DNA from: Hydrogenophilales bacterium
GTDB lineage: Bacteria > Pseudomonadota > Gammaproteobacteria > Burkholderiales > Thiobacillaceae
Length of the DNA: 64,000 nt
Direction: 5' to 3'
Assembly (NCBI GenBank): GCA_037442845.1
Contig: JBBIPL010000002.1
Coordinates: 10,370 to 74,369, forward strand
A model generated the notes under the pieces. That model did no database searches. It was not told where the DNA came from and saw nothing but the letters and a program-made list of their open reading frames with translations. Both the position numbers and the translations under genes were made by a program. Positions 47,083-55,183 of the stretch are shown here, piece after piece (the first letter of the stretch is position 1; every line of letters starts with the position of its first letter).

Positions 47083-47415
47083 TCAAAACTCGAATATGAC
47101 CCACATGGGTACCATCAGGCTGGGCGTCAACCCCTCGAAGCGCGACATCTGGCCATCGCCCAACTGGTCGATGAGGTAGTAGGGCCGGCCGTGCGGCGGC
47201 GTCACTTTCAGCATGTAAAGCTTGCCCTTGAGGCGGAACTCCTCGACCCGGTCCTCGCCGCGCTGGACGATGGTGATGTGCGGCTCCAGATCGGCGTCGA
47301 CGATGCCCGGCGGCGGCGGAATCTCCGGCAGGGGCTGCAATCCGGGCGGCCGGTCGGCGGCGTGGACGAGGGGCGCTGCGAGCAGGCAGACAAACAGCAA
47401 ACGGGCGATGCGCAT
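47083..47415 (-). CDS. DUF2782 periplasmic protein
   Basis: Signal peptide, then ...ITIVQRGEDRVEEFRLKGKLYMLKVTPPHGRPYYLID... This is the usual neighbour of polA in beta/gamma-proteobacteria. Confidence 0.8.
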   Translation of the reverse strand: MRIARLLFVCLLAAPLVHAADRPPGLQPLPEIPPPPGIVDADLEPHITIVQRGEDRVEEFRLKGKLYMLKVTPPHGRPYYLIDQLGDGQMSRFEGLTPSLMVPMWVIFEF

Positions 47416-47466
47416 GGCGGCAATCTCGTGTTGGGTACTCTGATTCTAGCAGCCCGGCCCGCGCGC

Positions 47467-48195
47467 TCAGAGATGGAGCAGGATTTCGCGTTCCTGCGCG
47501 GAAGGTTGGAAACCGCGGCTCTCGTAGTGGCGGAAAATGGCCTCCACCACCTGCTCCGGCTCGTCGATGACCTGGATGAGGTCCAGGTCGGCCGCGTCGA
47601 TCATGCCCTCCCGCACCAGGGTGCCGCGGAACCAGTCCACCAGGCCGCCCCAGAACGCCGCCTTCACCAAAATGATGGGAATGCGCCGGGTCTTGCCGGT
47701 CTGCACCAGGGTCAGGGCCTCCATCAGCTCGTCCAGGGTGCCGAAGCCGCCGGGCATGACCACGTAGGCGCTGGCGAACTTCACGAACATCACCTTGCGC
47801 GCGAAGAAATGGCGGAAGGTCTGGCTGATGTCCTGGAAGGGGTTGGCGCGCTGCTCGTGCGGCAGCTGGATGTTGAGGCCGACGCTGGGCGACTTGCCGA
47901 AGAAGGCTCCTTTGTTGGCCGCCTCCATCACCCCCGGCCCGCCCCCGGACAACACGGAAAACCCGGCGTCGGAAAGCTTCCTGGCGATCGCTTCGGTGAG
48001 CATGTAATAGGCCGAATCCGGCTGGATGCGGGCGCTGCCGAAAATGCTCACCGCCGGCCGGATGGGCGCCAGCCGCTCGGTGGCCTCGACGAACTCGGCC
48101 ATGATCTCGAACATGCGCCAGGACTCGCGCGCGGAAAGCCGCGCCTCGTCGCTGCCGCCGGGGTCGATGAGGTCGGGTAGCTTGGGTTTGCTCAT
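47467..48195 (-). CDS. LOG-family (TIGR00730) nucleotide phosphoribohydrolase
   Basis: GGGPGVMEA and VVMPGGFGTLDEL motifs. Start at the internal Met MSKPKLPD. Confidence 0.9.
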   Translation of the reverse strand: MSKPKLPDLIDPGGSDEARLSARESWRMFEIMAEFVEATERLAPIRPAVSIFGSARIQPDSAYYMLTEAIARKLSDAGFSVLSGGGPGVMEAANKGAFFGKSPSVGLNIQLPHEQRANPFQDISQTFRHFFARKVMFVKFASAYVVMPGGFGTLDELMEALTLVQTGKTRRIPIILVKAAFWGGLVDWFRGTLVREGMIDAADLDLIQVIDEPEQVVEAIFRHYESRGFQPSAQEREILLHL

Positions 48196-48280
48196 GGCGG
48201 TCCGGGTCGGAGAGGACGCCTGGATTGTAGCCGGCGGCGGACGGACAACCGAATACAATGCGACCTCCCCCGGAGGCCCC

Positions 48281-51088
48281 ATGTCCCGCATTCTGCTCCT
48301 GGTGGACGGCTCGTCCTACCTGTACCGCGCCTTCCACGCGCTGCCCGACCTGCGCAGCGCCGACGGCTTCCCCACCGGCGCTATGCACGGCGTCATCGCC
48401 ATGCTGCGCAAGCTGCGCCGCGACTATCCCAGCGCCTACGCTGCGTGTGTTTTCGACGCCAAGGGCAAAACCTTTAGGGACGACTGGTATCCAGAATACA
48501 AGGCCCACCGCCCCCCCATGCCGGAAGACCTGGCCAGGCAGATCGCCCCCCTGCACGAAGCGGTGCGCGCCCTCGGCTGGCCCCTGCTCATGGTGGAGGG
48601 GGTGGAGGCGGACGACGTCATCGGCACCCTCGCCCGCCAGGCGGAAGAGGCGGGCATGCAAGCGGTGGTCTCCACCGGCGACAAGGATCTGGCCCAGCTG
48701 GTGACGCCCCGGGTGCGGCTCGTCAACACCATGACCAACGAGGTGCTGGACGAGGCCGGCGTGCTCGCCAAGTTCGGCGTGCCCGCCGGCCGCATCGTCG
48801 ACTACCTGACCCTGGTGGGCGATACGGTGGACAACGTGCCCGGCGTCGACAAGGTGGGCCCCAAGACGGCGGCGAAGTGGATCGAGCAGTTCGGCGGCCT
48901 GGACGAACTCATGGCCAGGGCCGGCGAGGTGAAGGGCGCCGTCGGCGAGAACCTGCGCCGCGCCCTGGACTGGCTGCCCACGGGGCGCAGGCTGGTGACG
49001 GTGAAGACCGACGTGGCGCTGGACGTGCAGCCCGATGCTCTCGCCTGGAAGGACGAGGACACGGAGGCCCTGCGCGCGCTGTTCACCCGGTACAGCTTCC
49101 GGACCTGGCTGAAGGAAATGAACGGCGAGGGGGGAACACCCCCACCCCAACCCCTCCCCCATCGAAGGGGAGGGGCTCGCCAAGCCGCTTCCTTGACTGC
49201 GGAGGGCGGCGGAGGGGCTCTTGAAACCCCCTCCCCCTTGAGGGGGGAGGGTGGGGGAGGGGGTGTTGGCTCGGCGAACGTGGAGCGCCGTTACCAGGCC
49301 ATCCTCGACTGGCCAGGCTTCGACCGCTGGTTCGCCAAGCTGCAAGCCGCCGACCTGGTCTGCCTGGACACGGAAACCACCAGCCTGGACCCCATGCGGG
49401 CCCGGCTGGTGGGCCTGTCCTTCAGCGTCGAACCGGGTGAAGCCGCCTACCTCCCCCTGGCCCACCACTACGCCGGCGCCCCGGCCCAGTTGTCCCTGGC
49501 CGAGGTCTTAGCCCGCCTGAAACCTTGGCTGGAAGACGCCGCCCGCGCCAAGGTCGGCCAGAACCTGAAGTACGACTGGCATGTGCTGATGAACCACGGC
49601 ATCCGGCTCGCCGGCATCGCCCACGACACCCTGCTGCAAAGCTACGTGCTGGAAGCGCACGAACGCCACGACATGGACACCCTGGCCGCCCGCCACCTGG
49701 GGGAAACCACCATCAAGTACGAGGAGGTGTGCGGCAAGGGCGCCAACCAGATCGGCTTCGACCAGGTGGACGTGGAGCAGGCCACGGCCTACGCCGCCGA
49801 GGACGCCGACATCACCCTGCGCCTGCATCAGGCGCTGCATCCGACGCTGGTGGCCACGCCCGGCCTGGAGCACGTCTACCGCGACATGGAGATGCCGCTG
49901 CTGCCCATCCTGGCGCGCATGGAGCGCACCGGCGTGAAGCTGGATGCGGACCTGCTGCGCCGGCATTCCGCCTTCCTCGCCGGCGAGATGCTGGAACTGG
50001 AAGCCAAGGCGCACCAGGCCGCCGGCCAGCCCTTCAACCTGAATTCCCCCAAGCAACTGGGCGAAATCCTGTTCGGCCGACTGGGCCTGAAGCCGAAGAA
50101 GAAAACCCCTGGCGGCGCGCCTTCAACCAATGAAGATGCGCTGCAGGAGCTCGCCCTGGACCATCCCCTGCCCAGGCTGATCCTGGACTACCGGGGCCTG
50201 GCCAAGCTGAAGTCGACCTACACCGACAAGCTGCCGGGCATGGTCAACCCGCAAACCGGCCGGGTGCACACCACCTATTCCCAGGCCGTCGCGGTCACCG
50301 GGCGGCTGGCCAGCAACGACCCCAACCTGCAGAACATCCCGGTGCGCACCGTCGAGGGCCGCAAGATCCGCGAGGCCTTCATCGCCGAGCCGGGCCATGT
50401 CATCGTCTCCGCCGACTACTCGCAGATCGAGCTGCGCATCATGGCCCACCTGTCCAATGATGCCGGCCTGTTGAAAGCCTTCCGCGAGGATGCCGACATC
50501 CATCGCGCCACCGCCGCCGAGGTCCAGGGCGTGCCACCCGACCAGGTCACGGCGGACATGCGGCGCATGGCCAAGGCGGTGAACTTCGGCCTCATCTACG
50601 GCATGTCGGAATTCGGTTTGAGTCAGCAGCTCAACGTCGAACGCACCGTCGCCCGCGCCTACATCGACCGCTACTTCGCCCGCTATCCCGGCGTGCTCGA
50701 CTACATGAACCGCACCCGCGAAGCGGCCCGCGCCCAGGGCTTTGTTGCAACCCTGTTCGGCCGCCGCCTGTACCTGCCGGAACTCGCCGGCGGCGCCCCC
50801 GCCCGCCGCCAGGGCGCCGAGCGCGCCGCCATCAACGCGCCCATGCAGGGCACCGCGGCGGACCTCATCAAGCTGGCGATGATCGCGGTGCAGGCCTGGC
50901 TGGATACTTCCGGACTGAAATCCAGGCTCATCATGCAGGTGCACGACGAACTGGTGCTGGAGGCGCCGGAAGGCGAACTGGACGCCATCCGCGCCGGCCT
51001 GCCGGAGAAGATGTGCGGCGTCGCCAGTCTGGCGGTGCCGCTCAAGGCCGAGGTGGGCGTAGGGGCGAACTGGGAGGCGGCGCATTGA
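48281..51088 (+). CDS. polA: DNA polymerase I
   Basis: MSRILLLVDGSSYLYRAFHALP..., 3'-5' exo LDTETTSLDP, polymerase motifs DYSQIELRIMAH, QVHDELV. Confidence 0.97.
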   Translation: MSRILLLVDGSSYLYRAFHALPDLRSADGFPTGAMHGVIAMLRKLRRDYPSAYAACVFDAKGKTFRDDWYPEYKAHRPPMPEDLARQIAPLHEAVRALGWPLLMVEGVEADDVIGTLARQAEEAGMQAVVSTGDKDLAQLVTPRVRLVNTMTNEVLDEAGVLAKFGVPAGRIVDYLTLVGDTVDNVPGVDKVGPKTAAKWIEQFGGLDELMARAGEVKGAVGENLRRALDWLPTGRRLVTVKTDVALDVQPDALAWKDEDTEALRALFTRYSFRTWLKEMNGEGGTPPPQPLPHRRGGARQAASLTAEGGGGALETPSPLRGEGGGGGVGSANVERRYQAILDWPGFDRWFAKLQAADLVCLDTETTSLDPMRARLVGLSFSVEPGEAAYLPLAHHYAGAPAQLSLAEVLARLKPWLEDAARAKVGQNLKYDWHVLMNHGIRLAGIAHDTLLQSYVLEAHERHDMDTLAARHLGETTIKYEEVCGKGANQIGFDQVDVEQATAYAAEDADITLRLHQALHPTLVATPGLEHVYRDMEMPLLPILARMERTGVKLDADLLRRHSAFLAGEMLELEAKAHQAAGQPFNLNSPKQLGEILFGRLGLKPKKKTPGGAPSTNEDALQELALDHPLPRLILDYRGLAKLKSTYTDKLPGMVNPQTGRVHTTYSQAVAVTGRLASNDPNLQNIPVRTVEGRKIREAFIAEPGHVIVSADYSQIELRIMAHLSNDAGLLKAFREDADIHRATAAEVQGVPPDQVTADMRRMAKAVNFGLIYGMSEFGLSQQLNVERTVARAYIDRYFARYPGVLDYMNRTREAARAQGFVATLFGRRLYLPELAGGAPARRQGAERAAINAPMQGTAADLIKLAMIAVQAWLDTSGLKSRLIMQVHDELVLEAPEGELDAIRAGLPEKMCGVASLAVPLKAEVGVGANWEAAH
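49135..49267. repeat. TIR-bounded G/C-tract palindromic element embedded in-frame in the polA linker
   Basis: The ends are AACACCCCCACCCCAACC ... GGTGGGGGAGGGGGTGTT, which are imperfect inverted repeats. Internal hairpins are CCCCTCCCC-catcgaa-GGGGAGGGG (49151-49175) and CCCCCTCCCCC-ttga-GGGGGGAGGG (49227-49251). G-tracts lie at 49242-49264. Confidence 0.6.
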
Positions 51089-51182
51089 GCGCCACCCGGC
51101 ACAGGCGGGACTTTCCCCGCAATGGCCCAACCCTCTATGCTCACCCCCTGCCAACCCGAAGCATCCCGCTCCCCAGCCCGCC

Positions 51183-52667
51183 ATGCACCCCGATCCCACC
51201 CTCTCCATGCAAAAGGGCCTGAGCGCCGGCCATGCGCTGTTCTACGTACTCTGCCAGGAAGAGGCGCGCCTGGAGCGCATGCTGGCGGACCTCAGCGCCA
51301 GCCATTACGGCGACGACCGGCCGCTGGTGATCTGGACCGCCGCCGCCGGTTTCCGTGACGGCGAGGCCGGCGCGGAGGCGATCACCGACCCGCTGGAGGC
51401 GGTGCGCCACGTCGCGTCCAGCCGGCGCGAGGCCTTCTTCCTGCTGGAGGACCTGCCGGCCTGGTTCGACAGCCGTCCCGACCTGGTGCGCGCCCTGCGC
51501 GACCTCGACAAGGCCCTGGCGGGCGGCCCCACCCACGTGTTCCTCTCCCACCCGCAGCTGCTGCTGCCGGAAACCCTGAAGCACCAGGTCTTTCCCGTCG
51601 AACTGGGCATGCCCACGCAAGGCGAGATCGCCGCCTACCTGCGGGACGCCATCGCCGGCGGCGTGATTCCGGCGCAGACCGAGGAATGGCTGTCCACCTG
51701 CGGCGGCGCCATGCGCGGCATGAGCCTGTACGAGATCGGCCACCTGCTGCGCCGCCTGGCGCGGGACAAGAGGCTGCGCCTGGACGACGCCCTGCCGGAG
51801 ATCATCGAGGCCAAGTCCGCCGTGCTCATGAAGGAGGGCTGCCTCAAGTACATCGGCGAGTGCGCGGACATCGCCCACCTGGGCGGCCTCGACAACCTGA
51901 AGGAGTGGGTGTTGAGCCGCAAGCCGCTGTTCACCAGCCAGGCCATGCAATCGGGCCTGCCCCTGCCCAAGGGCGTGCTGTTCATGGGGGTCAGCGGCTG
52001 CGGCAAGAGCATGGCGGCGAAGGTCATCGCCGGCACCTGGAACCTGCCGCTGGTGCGCCTGGACATGAACCTGGTGCTGTCCGGCGCCTTCGGCGCGCCG
52101 GAGTACGCCTTCGACCGCGCCCTGCGCGTGGCCGAGCAGATCGCGCCGATGGTGCTGTGGATCGACGAAATGGAGAACAGCTTCGGCTACGACGTGGGCG
52201 CCACCGGCGGCAACACCAACATCTTCTCCAGCTTCCTCACCTGGATGCAGGAGAAGCCGGATTCGGTATTCGTGGTGGCCACCGCCAACCGCATCGAGAA
52301 GCTGCCCGCCGAGGTCATCCGCAAGGGCCGCTTCGACCAGTTGTTCTTCCTCGACCTGCCCAGCGACGAGGAACGCAAGATGATTTTCCGCATCCACATC
52401 GCCGCCTTCGGCCTCGACGCCGACGTTTTCAACCTCAACCTGCTCGCCGCCGCCACCCGCGAATGGAGCGGCGCCGAGATCGAGCAGGCGGTGAAGGCGG
52501 CGCGCATCCGCGCCTATACGGAAGGGCACCCCTTCAGCCAGAACGACATCATCTGGAACACCGCGCGCATGGTGCCGCTGTCGCGCACCATGGGCGAGCA
52601 GATCAAGGCCTTGCGCCAGTGGGCGCAGACGCGGGCGACGCCGGCCTCGAAGAAGGCGGAGACGTAA
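51183..52667 (+). CDS. Ycf46-like AAA+ ATPase (N-terminal non-ATPase domain + one AAA module)
   Basis: Walker A GVSGCGKSMAAK, Walker B MVLWIDEMENSF, sensor/Arg-finger ATANRIEKLPAEVIRKGRFDQ. About 490 aa, as in Ycf46-type proteins. Confidence 0.85.
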   Translation: MHPDPTLSMQKGLSAGHALFYVLCQEEARLERMLADLSASHYGDDRPLVIWTAAAGFRDGEAGAEAITDPLEAVRHVASSRREAFFLLEDLPAWFDSRPDLVRALRDLDKALAGGPTHVFLSHPQLLLPETLKHQVFPVELGMPTQGEIAAYLRDAIAGGVIPAQTEEWLSTCGGAMRGMSLYEIGHLLRRLARDKRLRLDDALPEIIEAKSAVLMKEGCLKYIGECADIAHLGGLDNLKEWVLSRKPLFTSQAMQSGLPLPKGVLFMGVSGCGKSMAAKVIAGTWNLPLVRLDMNLVLSGAFGAPEYAFDRALRVAEQIAPMVLWIDEMENSFGYDVGATGGNTNIFSSFLTWMQEKPDSVFVVATANRIEKLPAEVIRKGRFDQLFFLDLPSDEERKMIFRIHIAAFGLDADVFNLNLLAAATREWSGAEIEQAVKAARIRAYTEGHPFSQNDIIWNTARMVPLSRTMGEQIKALRQWAQTRATPASKKAET

Positions 52668-52727
52668 CCGCCTCCCATCTGTCTTCCCACTGTGGCGCCA
52701 TGCCGCGACTTTGCCGAGACGGGAGCG

Positions 52728-53270
52728 ATGAAAACGAAAGACGGCAATCCCATCCTCAACAGCCCCTATGAGGAACCCGCGCGCCATTACGCCACCGACG
52801 CCCAAGGCAACCTGAACTACCAGGATGTCCGGGACGGACGGCGCATCTTCACGCCCGATGCGCCCCAGGCGCCGATCGGCCAGCAGGCGCAAGACATCCT
52901 CCACGACCTGAACGACCTGGCCGCCGCCTATGGCGAGCACCTGGTCAACCAATTGCGCGACGCGTTGCGGCGCTGGCGCGAGGGCGGCCATGGCGGCGTC
53001 ACCAGCCGGGTGATCCGGGCTATGTCGCGGATGGCAAACAGCGCAACTACCTGCCGGACTAGCTGATCCGCCTTGTCACGCCGGAGGGCAACCGCGCCCA
53101 CCTCATCCTGGAAATCACCGGCTTCAACCAGGCCAGGGAAAGGTTGGGCCTGGCGCCCTGGTACTTCGAGGACATCGACAACATCAAGCCGGCCCTGGAA
53201 AAGGCCATCCAGCGCATCGTCGAAGAAGTGGACGCCGGGGTGGACACCGGTCCAATCGGACCAAGTTAAA
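52728..53270 (+). pseudogene. Gutted type III restriction-enzyme (Res/helicase-nuclease) gene: N-terminal ~95 codons fused out of frame to ~70 C-terminal codons with an internal stop
   Basis: N-terminus: MKTKDGNPILNSPYEEPARHY...LVNQLRDALRRWREGGHGGVTSR. After a frame change: GYVADGKQRNYLPD*LIRLVTPEGNRAHLILEITGF..., the PD-(D/E)xK-type tail (Y.PDF.v.l...g...lILE.KG). The whole helicase core is missing. Confidence 0.6.
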
Positions 53271-53300
53271 CTCACTTCGTTTTCGACACGGGAGCACGCC

Positions 53301-53543
53301 ATGCAAGCCGTCAACATCCACGAAGCCAAAACCCATCTTTCACGCCTGGTGGAAGAAGTCGCAGCGGGCGGTGAAATCGTCATCGCCAAGGCTGGACGGC
53401 CGGTGGCGCGTATCGTTCCCCTCGCCGGCAGTGCCCCGCGGCCACGCAGGCTTGGTGTCCTCAAGGGCAGGATCCAGGTCCCCGACGATTTCGATGCCCC
53501 CCTGCCGGACAGCGTTTTGCGGGATTTCGGAATCGAGCCGTGA
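53301..53543 (+). CDS. Phd/YefM-family antitoxin (VapB role)
   Basis: MQAVNIHEAKTHLSRLVEEVAAGGEIVIAKAGRPVARIVPL... Its stop overlaps the PIN-gene GTG (GTGA). Confidence 0.88.
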   Translation: MQAVNIHEAKTHLSRLVEEVAAGGEIVIAKAGRPVARIVPLAGSAPRPRRLGVLKGRIQVPDDFDAPLPDSVLRDFGIEP

Positions 53544-53917
53544 GACTGTTGCTGGACACCCACATCCTGCTATGGAGCCTGTCGGGCGACCCCCGTTTGG
53601 GCAAGGCCGAGGCCCTGATTCTCGATGCGGCCAATGAGGTCATGGTCAGCATAGCCAGTTACCTCGAAATCGCCATCAAGGCCAGCCAGGGCAAGATCGC
53701 CGCCAATCTGGCGGAAATCCGTTCCGCCGTAGCGGAAAGCGGCTTTGACGAGCTCTCCGTGACGGGTAGCCACGCGGAAATGCTGGTCACCCTCCCCTGG
53801 CACCACAAAGACCCATTCGACCGCCTGCTGGTAGCCCAGGCCCTCGCCGAACCCCTGCGCCTCATCACGGTGGATGCCTGGGTGGCGCGATATTCGGACA
53901 CCGTGATCCTGCTCTGA
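53540..53917 (+). CDS. vapC: PIN-domain toxin VapC
   Basis: MRLLLDTHILLWSLSGDPRL..., ...HHKDPFDRLLVAQA... (acidic PIN residues D6, D-P-F-D). Confidence 0.9.
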   Translation: MRLLLDTHILLWSLSGDPRLGKAEALILDAANEVMVSIASYLEIAIKASQGKIAANLAEIRSAVAESGFDELSVTGSHAEMLVTLPWHHKDPFDRLLVAQALAEPLRLITVDAWVARYSDTVILL

Positions 53918-53939
53918 CGCCATGACCGCCAAAAAGGGC

Positions 53940-54020
53940 CGTAGGGCGCATGAGCCGAAGGCGTTATCCGTCGGATGCGGGGTGCATACGGCGCAAGGCG
54001 CTGCGCTTTTCCGCCCTACG
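53940..54020. repeat. REP-like extragenic palindromic element
   Basis: CGTAGGGCG (53940-53948) ... CGCCCTACG (54012-54020) flank GCCGAAGGCGTTATCCGTCGGATGCGG. This is reminiscent of enterobacterial REP/BIME cores (GCCGGATGCGGCG..CTTATCCGGCCTAC). Confidence 0.5.
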
Positions 54021-54276
54021 CGGGCTACGCCCAGCAGGAGGCGGTGGAAGCCGCCAACTGGTTGAACGAGGTGGCGGAAAATCCAACACCGGCGCCCATC
54101 TGCTGTCCCGGTTGAGGAATGCCCAGGCACACGCCGAGGAGAACAGCGCCGACCGCTTGCCCCGCATCGCCTTCAACCCGGATTGTCCATTAGGCGGCCC
54201 TGCGGGCCTACGCGCGCCCTGGCGGCCGGAACTGGGCTGAACGCCCGGCGGTTCGAAAACCCCTTTGTTTTCGCCG

Positions 54277-54342
54277 TTCCCGCGAAGGCGGGAAGCCAGT
54301 CTGATCAAGGCGCTGGCTCCCCGCCCCCCGCTTTCGCGGGGG
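54277..54342. repeat. Pair of short GC hairpins of the '...SRLRGNG... / ...AGMT...' REP type
   Basis: TTCCCGC-gaag-GCGGGAA (54277-54294) and CCCCCGC-tttc-GCGGGGG (54325-54342). Their translations (ASRLRGNGENKG on the minus strand, ...GRHAGMTNK on the plus) match peptide strings typical of intergenic repeat elements in proteobacteria, from memory. Confidence 0.45.
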
Positions 54343-54369
54343 CAGGCATGCGGGGATGACGAATAAGCC

Positions 54370-54822
54370 TCAGCGGTTCCAGCGCGCCGCCGCGGCGTCG
54401 TCGGATTCCCGCGCGTCCACCCATTTTTCCCCTTGCGGCGTCGCTTCCTTCTTCCAGAACGGCGCCCGCGTCTTCAGGAAATCCATGATGAACTCGCAGG
54501 CGGCGAAGGCGTCGCCGCGATGGGCCGAGGCGACCGCGACCAGCACGATGGGGTCGGTGGGCCGCAGCGGACCGACGCGGTGGATGACGGCGGCATCCAG
54601 CACTTCCCAGCGTTCCCGAGCCTGTTCGACGATGTCGGCGAGGGCTTTCTCGGTCATGCCGGGGTAGTGCTCCAGGGTCATGGCGGTCACCTCCTGGCCC
54701 TCGTTGACGTCGCGCACCAGGCCGAGAAAGCTGGCGACGGCGCCGACCTTGGCGTTGGCCTGATACAGCGCCTGGATTTCGGCTTGGAAATCGAAGGCTT
54801 CGGTTTGCACGGCGATCTTCAT
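54370..54822 (-). CDS. moaE: Molybdopterin synthase catalytic subunit
   Basis: MKIAVQTEAFDFQAEIQALYQANAKVGAVASFLGLVRDVNEGQEVTAMTLEHYPGMTEKAL...FWKKE... Confidence 0.92.
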   Translation of the reverse strand: MKIAVQTEAFDFQAEIQALYQANAKVGAVASFLGLVRDVNEGQEVTAMTLEHYPGMTEKALADIVEQARERWEVLDAAVIHRVGPLRPTDPIVLVAVASAHRGDAFAACEFIMDFLKTRAPFWKKEATPQGEKWVDARESDDAAAARWNR

Positions 54823-54899
54823 GTTGGCTCCGGTGTTCGGGTCAGGTCGGGGCTTACCCTTCACCCCCGCCCCGGCGGGGAGAGGGAGCCAGATCCGCG

Positions 54900-55091
54900 G
54901 GATGGGGTCGTCCTCGACGATGAGCGCTCGCACGGCGTAAGGATGGCGTAAGGCGGCCTGGCTAGGATACCGCAAGCCGTTCGACCTCAACGAGCTGATC
55001 GCCCGCATCCATGCACGGCGGCGAAATCCGGCTCGCCGACGCCCCTGGCGGCGGCCTGCGCGCGGAGATCCGTCTGCCGCTGCGGCACTGA
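54900..55091. pseudogene. Debris of a two-component system (response-regulator and histidine-kinase fragments)
   Basis: Plus strand 54968-55010 reads YRKPFDLNELIARI (end of an OmpR-type receiver). It abuts 55011-55091, MHGGEIRLADAPGGGLRAEIRLPLRH* (HATPase_c tail), in another frame. Minus strand 54941-54900 reads VRALIVEDDP (receiver N-terminus). Confidence 0.35.
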
Positions 55092-55183
55092 GCCTAAAAC
55101 CTGAAAACCGCCCCAGGCGCGCGGGCATTCCGGCAATCCCGCCCGATGGCATAAGCTACAAACTTTCGTGCCCGCCGCCCGCC

